Position numbers and translations under genes: made by a program. A stretch of DNA of 64,000 nt from NCBI RefSeq assembly GCF_050920415.1, contig NZ_CP169309.1. One strand, written 5' to 3'. The notes beneath the pieces were generated by a model that saw only the letters and a program-made list of their open reading frames with translations, ran no database searches and had not been told where the DNA came from. Shown in pieces: positions 10,356-19,440 of this stretch. This stretch comes from Escherichia coli. Lineage in GTDB: Bacteria > Pseudomonadota > Gammaproteobacteria > Enterobacterales > Enterobacteriaceae. Within the stretch, counting starts at the first letter, position 1; each line of letters begins with the position of its first letter.

Positions 10356-12446
10356 TTACTCAATGCGTACAAAAAGACCGATATAGCCACGCGTTGTATC
10401 GTGACTAATGCGGGTCCCCGAAAGCGCCGTGTAACGACCGGGGAAGTTGTATTCACCAGCACCGCCAATCACAACCTGCGGTGAGGATGCGTATGTCCCT
10501 GTATCGCTAACCCGTGCACTCATAGCCAGAGGGCCAAGACGGGAACCCGGCACAATATCACCGAGCCCCAGAGACGCATCTGCACCAAAACTCTCCCCCT
10601 GATATGCCGCCATAATCGGCACACCAACGGCCGGGTATTTATAATATGAGCCTGAGCCCGCCATCCTGGACAGCAGGTACGCCAGTGAATCTCCGTCGTA
10701 TACAACTACCCGCGATGACATGTTCCAGCTGTTATCGCTGTCGTTGTACCGGTACTGCATATAGTGAATACAGTGTTCACCCTGATAATACTGGTTGTAG
10801 CACATCAGGGTTTTAAATTTGCGGACTGTGTCGGATTCACTGTTGGCGTACGGTGACCACATCACATCAATAATGCCGTTAAATTGCGTGGTACCGGTAA
10901 GCAGTTGCGAGGAGTCTGTAATACTGACCGCATACCGCCCCGGCGTGACTTTCTTCAACCACTCAACGAAATCAGACAGCCCCTCAAACGCCAGAGCGTC
11001 AGTGCTGGTGAATGCCTGTCCAAACCCATACATCCCGGACAGGGCCAGCCTGCCCGGTGTGCGGTCACGGATATCACTCTGGGGTTCCATCGTCGCAGCC
11101 GCGTTCAGCTCAAGCTCCGTGCGCATGGCTTCAGCCGTGTCATGCGCCAGTAATGCGCGGCCCTTCTCTGACAGCAGAGACAGTGAGGCATTCCCGTCTG
11201 TATTGAAGTACAGAAGATTATCTGCCCGTTGCGTCAGTGCGCTGATTGCCGTTAAGACGTCATTAAGCGGTTGTTTGCCTGCCAGCGCGTTTGTGATTGT
11301 CGTCGCAAAGTTCGGGTCATTGCCCAGCGCCGCAGCCAGTTCGTTCAGGGTGTCCAGAACTTCCGGTGACGAATCAACCAGCGCAGCAAGCAGTTTGCGC
11401 ACAAACGCCGCGTTCGCTGCTTCCAGACCGGCGGCATCATCCTGTGGGGTTGGGGTGGTTGGGGTGCCGGTGAAGGCCGGGCTGTCCAGTGGCGCTTTTG
11501 TTTTCGTCTCCTCCATGACGGTTTTGACAGCCTTTGGCGTGGCAGCCAGTTCCTCGCTGTCGTTATCCGTGTCACTACAGAGTTGCACCAGACCTTTTTC
11601 TGTCGTGGAGGCATTTGTTGCATTCAGGTCATCAACTATCTGCTGCGTCTCATCCCTGTACTGTTTCGCTTCCTGCGCATTGTCTGCACCTGCATCCTGG
11701 CTGGCTTTAGCCTGTCGGGCGTATTCGGCGGCACTGTTTTTGTGCCCCAGCGCCGCATTTGCCGACAGTTCTGAACTGGTCGCTGCTGATGATGCGGCAT
11801 TATGATAAAGGCGGGCGCGTTCGGCGGCATCGACTGATTCGTCCCGCGCTGTGCCTGATGACTGTGCGCTGTTTTCTGCCTCACCCGCAAAACGTTCCGC
11901 ATCATCACGGGCCGTTGCGGTTGTCGTCACATCCTGTGCCGTCTGCTGTGCGTTTCCGGCTGCAGCTTCGGCGCTCTGCTGTGTCTGATTTTTTAGCTCT
12001 TCTGCCTCATCCTTACTAACCGCCGCAGATGTTGCTGCATTGATTGCATCATCAGCAGCTGTTTCTGCTCTCTCCCTGTCACTGACCACCTGCTCAGACA
12101 AGCGAACAACGGTATTTACCATTTCCTCAAAACGCTTCATTACCTCAGGGCGTAAATCACCCTCCTTTGGTGCATCCAGAAAAGCATTCAGCGTATCCGG
12201 CTCATCTGTCGGTGCAACATAAATTTCCCCCGCCTTTACAGGAGGATGCCCTGAGCGGGACAAAAATACATCATAAAATCCCGGCTCAGCATTAATAGTA
12301 TACCCGCCATCACTTCCCGTAAGACAGGTTGCCACAATATTAACCACAACTGTCGGACTGGTTCTTCTGGCTCGCAATTCAATCGCACAGTTTACGACAG
12401 GCTCACCTGCTCCGTCCTTCAGGACACCTGAAATCTTTACTGCCAT
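10356..12446 (-). CDS. stf: side tail fibre protein
   Basis: From ATG 12446: MAVKISGVLKDGAGEPVVNC..., as in lambda Stf. It has an Ala/Ser/Glu-rich coiled region and the conserved ...KGLVQLCSDTDNDSEELAATPKAVK... and LNELAAALGNDPNFATT segments. Confidence 0.9.
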   Translation of the reverse strand: MAVKISGVLKDGAGEPVVNCAIELRARRTSPTVVVNIVATCLTGSDGGYTINAEPGFYDVFLSRSGHPPVKAGEIYVAPTDEPDTLNAFLDAPKEGDLRPEVMKRFEEMVNTVVRLSEQVVSDRERAETAADDAINAATSAAVSKDEAEELKNQTQQSAEAAAGNAQQTAQDVTTTATARDDAERFAGEAENSAQSSGTARDESVDAAERARLYHNAASSAATSSELSANAALGHKNSAAEYARQAKASQDAGADNAQEAKQYRDETQQIVDDLNATNASTTEKGLVQLCSDTDNDSEELAATPKAVKTVMEETKTKAPLDSPAFTGTPTTPTPQDDAAGLEAANAAFVRKLLAALVDSSPEVLDTLNELAAALGNDPNFATTITNALAGKQPLNDVLTAISALTQRADNLLYFNTDGNASLSLLSEKGRALLAHDTAEAMRTELELNAAATMEPQSDIRDRTPGRLALSGMYGFGQAFTSTDALAFEGLSDFVEWLKKVTPGRYAVSITDSSQLLTGTTQFNGIIDVMWSPYANSESDTVRKFKTLMCYNQYYQGEHCIHYMQYRYNDSDNSWNMSSRVVVYDGDSLAYLLSRMAGSGSYYKYPAVGVPIMAAYQGESFGADASLGLGDIVPGSRLGPLAMSARVSDTGTYASSPQVVIGGAGEYNFPGRYTALSGTRISHDTTRGYIGLFVRIE

Positions 12447-12457
12447 ATTCACCCCAC

Positions 12458-12485
12458 AAAAAAGCCCGCCTGAACCCGGCGGGCT
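12458..12485 (-). terminator. intrinsic terminator after lom
   Basis: agcccgcc/ggcgggct stem followed by T6 on the minus strand. Confidence 0.7.
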
Positions 12486-12511
12486 GTCATAACACTGTGT
12501 TACCTGGCTAA

Positions 12512-13111
12512 TCAGAACTTATAACCGACACCCACGATGAAACCGTCAGTGCGCCAGTCGCCACTGCCGGAGCCTTCATAAGCAATATCAATAGCCACGG
12601 ATTCGGTCGGGTTAAACTGCACGCCAGCTCCCCACGCCAGAGACGTGTTGCTGTGGCGACCGTCATCACTTCCGGTCAGCACATCGTGCGTTTTCCCCTT
12701 ATTGTCAGTTACGCGGAGATAATCCCCGGAGAAAGTCGACACACGGCTGTAAGCCACACCCGCCATCGCATACGCGCTGAACCATTCATTCACGCGCACA
12801 GACGGCCCCGCCATTACGCTGAACCAGCGGTTACGAACGGAATCTTCATGCCAGCGGGTATCGCTGTAACGGGTCAGCTGGCGATTCTTGTCTCCTGCAT
12901 AGCTGAATGACGTCACCATACCCAGTGTGTCCGTAAACTCATAACGGTATTTCACGTTAATCCCGTTCAGATCATCGCTGCCGGGAACGTTCGTCGAGAC
13001 ATGAAGATACCCCGCGCTCAGCGTGGACTGATGTTCAGACGCCCATGCAGGCGCACCGGATAAGGCCAGACAAATGGCTGCGGACAAAATGGCGGCATAA
13101 AGTTTACGCAT
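12512..13111 (-). CDS. lom: Ail/Lom/OmpX-family outer-membrane beta-barrel
   Basis: 199 aa with a signal peptide (MRKLYAAILSAAICLALSGAPAWA), alternating beta-strand pattern and a C-terminal ...GVGYKF. It occupies the lambda lom position. Confidence 0.9.
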   Translation of the reverse strand: MRKLYAAILSAAICLALSGAPAWASEHQSTLSAGYLHVSTNVPGSDDLNGINVKYRYEFTDTLGMVTSFSYAGDKNRQLTRYSDTRWHEDSVRNRWFSVMAGPSVRVNEWFSAYAMAGVAYSRVSTFSGDYLRVTDNKGKTHDVLTGSDDGRHSNTSLAWGAGVQFNPTESVAIDIAYEGSGSGDWRTDGFIVGVGYKF

Positions 13112-13135
13112 AATTACCTCTCGCTTTTCTGCAAT

Positions 13136-13159
13136 AAAAAAGGCGTCATTTCTGACGCC
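13136..13159 (-). terminator. intrinsic terminator after J
   Basis: ggcgtca/tgacgcc stem plus T6 on the minus strand. Confidence 0.7.
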
Positions 13160-13177
13160 CGTTATGGGTTATAAAAT

Positions 13178-16100
13178 TCAGCTGATACTGATACCTGCTG
13201 TGGATTTCTTCATCACCACAACCAGCAGATCGCTGATACTGGTTGTTGGTGTCCAGTTATTCGCTCCTGATGAAGATACGGTGAATGTCAGTGTCAGCGT
13301 CCCCTGTCCGGCAGGCATATCTATAACTGAGGAAAATACGCCCTGAGCATCCGTCGTGGACTGATTAAAAATCTCCTGACCATTGCGGGTCACTCTTAAC
13401 CGGCAGGTTGAATACCAGTATGACTGTTGGTTATTACTGTTGAAATTCTCATGCTTACCACCACGGAACAACACTGGCGGTATCATGACCTGCCGGTCAA
13501 ATTTCTGATCATCACTGATTCTTACCGTGATGGTGCCACTGGCATAACTGTTCGTGCGGGGGAAAGACTTGCTGACCGTTTTGACAATATCGCCTTCAAT
13601 CTGGTTGGCTGACAGTTTCCCCTTAATCTGACAGTTCTCATTTATCGTGACGTTGTTGAGCGTCCCGGAGTTCGCATTCACGTTACCGCTGATATCGGCA
13701 TTTTTAGCGGTCAGCTTTCCGTCCGGTGTCAGGGAAAATGCAGGAGGATTACCGCCGCTGGTAATGGTGGGAGCCGTCAGATATTTCAGGAACACTTCAT
13801 TCATGAATATCTGATCACCCTGACCAACAAACATCGGTTTTGTGTTGCCATTTGCAGGATTAATCATCGCAATCCTGTCTGCCGCCAGCAGCACCTGACT
13901 CTGCATGCCGTCGGGGGTGTTCTCAATACCGGCACCGATACCCGCAATATAAAGGCGACCATCCTGCATCTGCTGCAGTTTCACGGCCCACATACTGTTC
14001 AGGTTATTACTGGTGTCCGTCTGAACCTTTTGTATCTGCTGGATGGTGGCCTCCTGATCTCCCAGCTTCTGGTCCGTTGTCGTCATGATTTCACTGCTTT
14101 TTTGATCCACATACTGGCGAACCTGCGCTATCTGGCGTGCATTCTCCTCATTACTCTGACTGACCGTCTGCGTGAGTTCGCTGCTGACGTTATCCACTCT
14201 CTGGCTCACCTGTGATATACCCAGTGACAGCTCATCATTTTTTTTCGCAACCAGCTGTGTGAGGCTGTTTTCTGTCTCCCCGATTTTTTGGGTCACTTCA
14301 GCAATATCACTCTCTATCTGCTGATTGATCTCATCCTCCAGTTGCTCAACTTCACTGCGCAATGCCGAGGCATTAATACGATCGTTCAGCTCCTGCCCCA
14401 GCAGGGTGCTGTTTATTTTCCCTTCAAAAAAATTGAGATACACCTCAGCATCATTAACCGGCTGGCCAACAGCTTCCACAAACGCTGATTTACCGACGAT
14501 GTTCACACTGCGGATATAAAAGTAATAATCATGGCCCGGCCTGATATTAATACTGGCAGCTGTCCAGTACATCGCCGTACCAAGATAGCGGGCTGTGGTT
14601 TCAACCTGCCGGATATCCGTAATCTGATTTTCCGAGAACCAGAACTCAAACTGCACCGTCGGGTCATACACCGCAAGACGCGGGACTGCCGTTATCTGAA
14701 AATACCCCGGTATCAGTTCAATCTGTGACGGCGCTGCCGGGGCGTTAATCCGGAATGAGGTGGTGGCGGGTTCCCCCTGCTGGCCATAACTGTTTATCGC
14801 CCGCACCGTCAGGGTGTATTCCCCCAGTGGCAGACCACTGAAACGGTGCGCCGTGTCTGCAGTGATGGCGTTGGTCACCAGACGGCTGTCTTCACCGCTT
14901 CCACGGTTCAGGCGCAGACTGAAGCGCACACCCTTCACCACCCGCGGCGTGTCCCATTTCGCCTGCGCCAGATACTGGCCATCATCCGCGCTCACCTCCA
15001 CCGTGAGGTGCTGCACTGCCGGAGGAGTGACGCTGTTCAGGGAGCCGGACAGCGGCTCAAAGGTGGCCCCGTTATCCACAATGGCTTCTTTTTCCGGTAC
15101 GTGCTGCACCGCCGTGATGGCAAAGGTGCCGTCCGTGTTTTCCCGGATGGCCACACAGCGGAACAGGCGACGTCGAAGGCCGGGAATTTTCAGCCCCCAT
15201 ACCCCGTATGTCGCCACGCCATCAGGCAGGGCGCTGACCTGTATCCGGTCAGGAGCAGGCTGTGCCGTGATGTCCACACTCACCGGCTTACCGCTGCCAT
15301 TAATCAGGTTCACCGTGGCGGTACCGGTCTCCGGAAGCGTCACCTCCCGGTCCAGCGTCAGGGTGAGACTGGCGGCATCGATGTTCAGAATGCGCCCGCC
15401 GGTCAGGGTCCCGGCGTAGTCGTTATCACAGACTTCAATGATGTCACCGGGCGTGTGGCGCAGCCCCTGTGATCCGAGCGTGAAATCCACCGTCTGCGTT
15501 TCCAGCAGTTCGGTCTTTATCACCCACAGTCCGGCACGGTGAGCCTGACCGCGACTGGTACAGCCGAACGCATCCATCTTCAGCAGATTACGTCCGTAGC
15601 GCAGTATGGCTTCCGGGTCTTCCACCAGTTCAGTGGAGGTCTGCCAACCGTTCTGCGGGTCGGTGTAATTCACCTCCACCGCCGTGTGCCGGTCCTTCAG
15701 GGCGCTGAAGCTGTAGCGGAAGCCCACACCGTTATCATCCACCACCACATCGCTGTTGGTGTAGGGCCACACCACATCCGACGGGCGGTCCTGCACGAAC
15801 GTCAGCGTCTGCCCGTTCCATACCGGCATACAGCGCATCGCCGAGCAGAAATCACTGAGCACATCCCACGCCTTACGCTGTTGTGACAGGTACGCATTAA
15901 ACGTCATCCGCGGTTCGGTCCCCCCGAAGCCATCCGGCACCGGCTGGTCGCAGTACTGCGCAATGGCATACAGAGCCCATTTGTCCACGTCTGCGGCCCC
16001 CAGACGTTTCCCCATCCCGTAGCGCGGGTGGGTCAGCATGTCCCACAGGCACCAGGCCGGGTTGTTGCTCCAGGCCGGTTTCATACACCCGTCCCAGATA

Positions 16101-16873
16101 CCGCTGTAAGTACGTTTTTCCGGGTCATAGTTTGACGGCACCTGAATGATGCGACCGCGGATATGGTAGTTCACAGTTATCTGCTGACCGCCAAACTGCT
16201 CCGCATCCACCTGCAGGCCCACAATGGCCGTGTTCGGGTAGCACTGTTCCACATCGATGATTTCGGTGTATGACGACCACAGCGTTCTGTTCTGCAGCTG
16301 GTCCGTGGTGCTGTCAGCCGTCTCCCTGACCATCCGGATGTTAAAGGGGCGCTCAGGCAGATTATTCAGAATCACCGACGTCAGGTACTGCGAGGTGGTC
16401 TTACCGTTAATGGTGACATCCTTTTCCGTCACCCAGCTACCGTTACGCTGCAGCTGAATCAGCAGACGAACAGAAGCCGGATTACGGTCGCCCCTGGAGG
16501 TGGTCTCCACCAGTGACTGTACCCCGAAGGTGACCCGCAGGCGGTCAATGTTCGCGGACGTGATGGTACGCGTCACCGGCTTTGCCTTCGTCACTTCCAC
16601 ACCCAGCGCAGTTTCAGCCCCGGAGGACTCAAAACCTTCCGGCGGGGTCTGCTCCTGCTCCCCGGCGCGCCAGACGGCGGTCACACCGTGTATCACGGGA
16701 TTGCCGTCCGTGTCCGTCAGCGGGGTTTTATTCACCAGGATACTCTGCAGTCCCTTCACCGGGCCTTCTATCGGTCCCTCTCCAATCGCATCAATCACGC
16801 TCATCATCTGCGTGGACTTAAGATTGTCCTTTGCCTCAACTGGCGTGTGCGCCTTGCCGCCACCTTTTCCCAT
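13178..16873 (-). CDS. J: host-specificity / central tail fibre protein J
   Basis: 1231 aa from ATG 16873 ([37 protein letters not shown]...), lambda J-like over most of its length. RBS aagggtgagg. Confidence 0.9.
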   Translation of the reverse strand: MGKGGGKAHTPVEAKDNLKSTQMMSVIDAIGEGPIEGPVKGLQSILVNKTPLTDTDGNPVIHGVTAVWRAGEQEQTPPEGFESSGAETALGVEVTKAKPVTRTITSANIDRLRVTFGVQSLVETTSRGDRNPASVRLLIQLQRNGSWVTEKDVTINGKTTSQYLTSVILNNLPERPFNIRMVRETADSTTDQLQNRTLWSSYTEIIDVEQCYPNTAIVGLQVDAEQFGGQQITVNYHIRGRIIQVPSNYDPEKRTYSGIWDGCMKPAWSNNPAWCLWDMLTHPRYGMGKRLGAADVDKWALYAIAQYCDQPVPDGFGGTEPRMTFNAYLSQQRKAWDVLSDFCSAMRCMPVWNGQTLTFVQDRPSDVVWPYTNSDVVVDDNGVGFRYSFSALKDRHTAVEVNYTDPQNGWQTSTELVEDPEAILRYGRNLLKMDAFGCTSRGQAHRAGLWVIKTELLETQTVDFTLGSQGLRHTPGDIIEVCDNDYAGTLTGGRILNIDAASLTLTLDREVTLPETGTATVNLINGSGKPVSVDITAQPAPDRIQVSALPDGVATYGVWGLKIPGLRRRLFRCVAIRENTDGTFAITAVQHVPEKEAIVDNGATFEPLSGSLNSVTPPAVQHLTVEVSADDGQYLAQAKWDTPRVVKGVRFSLRLNRGSGEDSRLVTNAITADTAHRFSGLPLGEYTLTVRAINSYGQQGEPATTSFRINAPAAPSQIELIPGYFQITAVPRLAVYDPTVQFEFWFSENQITDIRQVETTARYLGTAMYWTAASINIRPGHDYYFYIRSVNIVGKSAFVEAVGQPVNDAEVYLNFFEGKINSTLLGQELNDRINASALRSEVEQLEDEINQQIESDIAEVTQKIGETENSLTQLVAKKNDELSLGISQVSQRVDNVSSELTQTVSQSNEENARQIAQVRQYVDQKSSEIMTTTDQKLGDQEATIQQIQKVQTDTSNNLNSMWAVKLQQMQDGRLYIAGIGAGIENTPDGMQSQVLLAADRIAMINPANGNTKPMFVGQGDQIFMNEVFLKYLTAPTITSGGNPPAFSLTPDGKLTAKNADISGNVNANSGTLNNVTINENCQIKGKLSANQIEGDIVKTVSKSFPRTNSYASGTITVRISDDQKFDRQVMIPPVLFRGGKHENFNSNNQQSYWYSTCRLRVTRNGQEIFNQSTTDAQGVFSSVIDMPAGQGTLTLTFTVSSSGANNWTPTTSISDLLVVVMKKSTAGISIS

Positions 16874-17026
16874 TGCCTCACCCTTTACTGTGATAACTGT
16901 TACGCACAAAAGAACAGGCCCCCCGGGGATGCCTGTATCATAATGACTGAATAAAAATTCTGAGTTTATTCACATTTCCGGAAACTGACGGTTGCAGGAA
17001 TAACTCCACATTTTTACAGTTCTTCA

Positions 17027-17118
17027 GCCTGATAAAGGCAATTGGTCAAAACTTAACTAATCAAGGTGACTATTCATTTCTCCCGTAATATTCGTGAGTA
17101 TTACGGGAGATTTTTTTT
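17027..17118 (+). ncRNA. candidate small RNA antisense to the tail operon (I-J spacer)
   Basis: Predicted promoter: TTGCAG (16992-16997), a 17-nt spacer, then TACAGT (17015-17020). It ends at the terminator at 17079-17118. There is no ORF in the interval. Confidence 0.3.
17079..17118 (+). terminator. strong plus-strand intrinsic terminator inside a minus-strand operon
   Basis: A perfect 12-bp stem, tctcccgtaata/tattacgggaga, with an 8-nt loop and then T8. The T-run overlaps the stop codon of gene I. Its minus-strand image has no U-tract. Confidence 0.75.
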
Positions 17119-17761
17119 ATCCTCTGCCGATAACCACCACTTTCCCGTCACCACCTTCATCACGGGTACTGATGTCCTGGGATATCCGTCGGGAACCAAC
17201 CAGCATTTCACCGTATGGCACCGGCACCGGATTACCCTGAGCAATCATATTGTCCAGCGAGGAAAAGTAGGTGTTCTGTCTGCCGTTATCCGTTGTCCGG
17301 TAATCCGGTGTTTTTGCCTTCGGGGCCAGCATCTGTGCCACCCCACCCAGCGCCATTGCAGTCCCCATGGCAAACATAATATTGCTGGCTGCAATACCGA
17401 TACCCGGCATCCAGATAGCTGCCGCAGCCAGCGCAACGCCAAGAACCGCCTGAAACACACCCCCACTTTTGGCTCCTTCAGTCCGGGGTACCAGATGAAT
17501 GACATCCCCCGGGCTCAGTGGCTCATGCAGTCGGGTCGATATCTGGTCCGGCGCAGTATCCTCACCGGCAATACGTACCCGGTACCAGCCTTCGGTCATC
17601 TGACGGCGGAATCCCGGCAGCTGCAGAGACAGCGCCCGGATGGCTTCCGCTGCCGTGTTCACATACAGGCTGAGGCGGCGGCCAAATCGTTGTAAATCCC
17701 CGTGAAGGCAGATGCGGACCAGTGGCGGTGATGCCAGACAGAATGCGTTCGTCGTTGCCAT
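17117..17761 (-). CDS. I: tail assembly protein I
   Basis: 214 aa. ...ICLHGDLQRFGRRLSLYVNTAAEAIRALSLQLPGF... and ...NTYFSSLDNMIAQGNPVPVPYGEM are lambda I-like. Confidence 0.9.
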   Translation of the reverse strand: MATTNAFCLASPPLVRICLHGDLQRFGRRLSLYVNTAAEAIRALSLQLPGFRRQMTEGWYRVRIAGEDTAPDQISTRLHEPLSPGDVIHLVPRTEGAKSGGVFQAVLGVALAAAAIWMPGIGIAASNIMFAMGTAMALGGVAQMLAPKAKTPDYRTTDNGRQNTYFSSLDNMIAQGNPVPVPYGEMLVGSRRISQDISTRDEGGDGKVVVIGRG

Positions 17762-18402
17762 TTTTCAGAATACCTCTCCCGTTTACTCAGTTGTTCAGGT
17801 ATATGGTGAAGCAGTTCACCGTTACCGCAGTAAATGGCGGCGTGATTGGCCACCGATGCGCCAAAGCAGCACAGCAGGATATCGCCCGGCTGTGCAGAGG
17901 GCAGGGGCACCCGGTAAAAGCCCGTGGCCTCCATATTGTCCAGGTACAGGTTCTGGCCGTTGCGCCACCACTCATCCTCGCGCGCAAAATCCGGCAGCGT
18001 TATCCCTGCCAGATGGTATGCATCCCGGAACAGGGTGTAACAGTCCGTCACACCATGTTCAAAGCGCCGTCCGGTCAGGTGCGGCACACAGCGGAACTTG
18101 TGAATCGCCCCCCGGCAGACCAGCCACCAGGACAGGGCACTTTTCACCTGCAGCCGCCGGTCCGCCTCGCTCAGCCAGGGCAGACCACCGGGATGACTGT
18201 GGACCAGTGCCACAATCTCCCCCTGCATCTCTGCCCGCAGCCAGTCCTCCGGTGCAATACGAAAATATGCCTCAGGCTCTGCGGAGGTATTCACGCAGGG
18301 AAGATACCTGTCTCCCTCCGGCGTTCTCACCACGAAGCCGCACGACTCCGCAGGCGCACACCGCCGGGCATGCGCCAGAATCGCTGATTCAGTCTGTGTC
18401 AT
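17659..18402 (-). CDS. K: tail assembly protein K (NlpC/P60 + JAB-like)
   Basis: From ATG 18402: MTQTESAILAHARRCAPAESCGFVV...HSHPGG..., lambda K-like. The long upstream extension in the ORF track is discounted. Confidence 0.9.
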   Translation of the reverse strand: MTQTESAILAHARRCAPAESCGFVVRTPEGDRYLPCVNTSAEPEAYFRIAPEDWLRAEMQGEIVALVHSHPGGLPWLSEADRRLQVKSALSWWLVCRGAIHKFRCVPHLTGRRFEHGVTDCYTLFRDAYHLAGITLPDFAREDEWWRNGQNLYLDNMEATGFYRVPLPSAQPGDILLCCFGASVANHAAIYCGNGELLHHIPEQLSKRERYSEKWQRRTHSVWHHRHWSASAFTGIYNDLAAASACM

Positions 18403-18412
18403 AAAATGGGAT

Positions 18413-19111
18413 TTACTGCGAAAGTTTATTAATGGAAAGGAAACCGCCAAAATTAGCGACCATGCCGCGCATCTCACACCCGCGCATGCACTTGCTGCAT
18501 TTGTCCTTACGGATATCTGTGGTGGGTTTATCGAACTCATCCGCCACTGCCGGACCGTTATACCCGCATTCATCTCCCCGGTAATCCCACATACAGGTAT
18601 TCGCCAGCATAATGCGACCGGGAAACAACGCCCCGTCCGTCTCGGTCGGAGTGGCCAGCACAAACGAGGCCGTCATGGCCGTCAGCTCTGACATCTGCTC
18701 CACCACCCAGCGGTCGCTCAGCTCCTGCTCCGGGTCCGCCTCCGGATTGCCCGCAACGAAATTCACCGCATCCAGAAAACGCGCATACACCCGGCGGCGG
18801 ACCACCGTTGCCCCCACCAGACTCTGCAGGTCCTCCGCCATCCCGGTGACAAGGCCAAACAGATTGGACACCGTCAGCGACGGTCTGGCACTGCTGCCCT
18901 TCCCGTTCATCTCAAAGCCGCTGCCGTCAATCGGGTATGCCTGATATTCCCGCCCCTGCCAGGTCACCGGCTCCCCTTTTTCATTCAGCTCATTGCAGAA
19001 AAAATACCGCTCACCGCCCTGCACCGTCAGGTCGATTTCCCAGAGTACCACCCGCGGTGACTGCTCTGATTTAACCGACTCGTTAAGACTTTCTTCGTGG
19101 ATATCCTGCAT
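18413..19111 (-). CDS. L: minor tail protein L
   Basis: 232 aa (MQDIHEESLNESVKSEQSPRVVLWEIDL...), lambda L-like. Confidence 0.9.
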   Translation of the reverse strand: MQDIHEESLNESVKSEQSPRVVLWEIDLTVQGGERYFFCNELNEKGEPVTWQGREYQAYPIDGSGFEMNGKGSSARPSLTVSNLFGLVTGMAEDLQSLVGATVVRRRVYARFLDAVNFVAGNPEADPEQELSDRWVVEQMSELTAMTASFVLATPTETDGALFPGRIMLANTCMWDYRGDECGYNGPAVADEFDKPTTDIRKDKCSKCMRGCEMRGMVANFGGFLSINKLSQ

Positions 19112-19440
19112 CAGTTCACCACCTGCTTAAACTCCGCGCTGAACTCAACGCGCAACATCCCGACCCGCGCAGACCACCCGGCACAGGTCACCTTTATCTG
19201 CCGGTATGCATAAGGCGGTGTCCACAGAAACGCCTTCCAGCCACCGTGCTCTGCCAGGAACGCCTCCAGATGCCGGGCCTCCTCCCGGGTCACGGAAAGC
19301 ATCACCCTGTATGTTTTCAGGTCAGCATTCAGTCCCGCCGCCATGCGCTGCGAATACCCGTCACCAAAACGCACTTCACGCACCGATGACTGCGAGTTCA
19401 CCTCCATATCCGGCTTCACTTTCCAGTGAAATGTTTTCAT
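19111..19440 (-). CDS. M: minor tail protein M
   Basis: 109 aa in the lambda M position. Start and stop overlap its neighbours. Confidence 0.9.
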   Translation of the reverse strand: MKTFHWKVKPDMEVNSQSSVREVRFGDGYSQRMAAGLNADLKTYRVMLSVTREEARHLEAFLAEHGGWKAFLWTPPYAYRQIKVTCAGWSARVGMLRVEFSAEFKQVVN

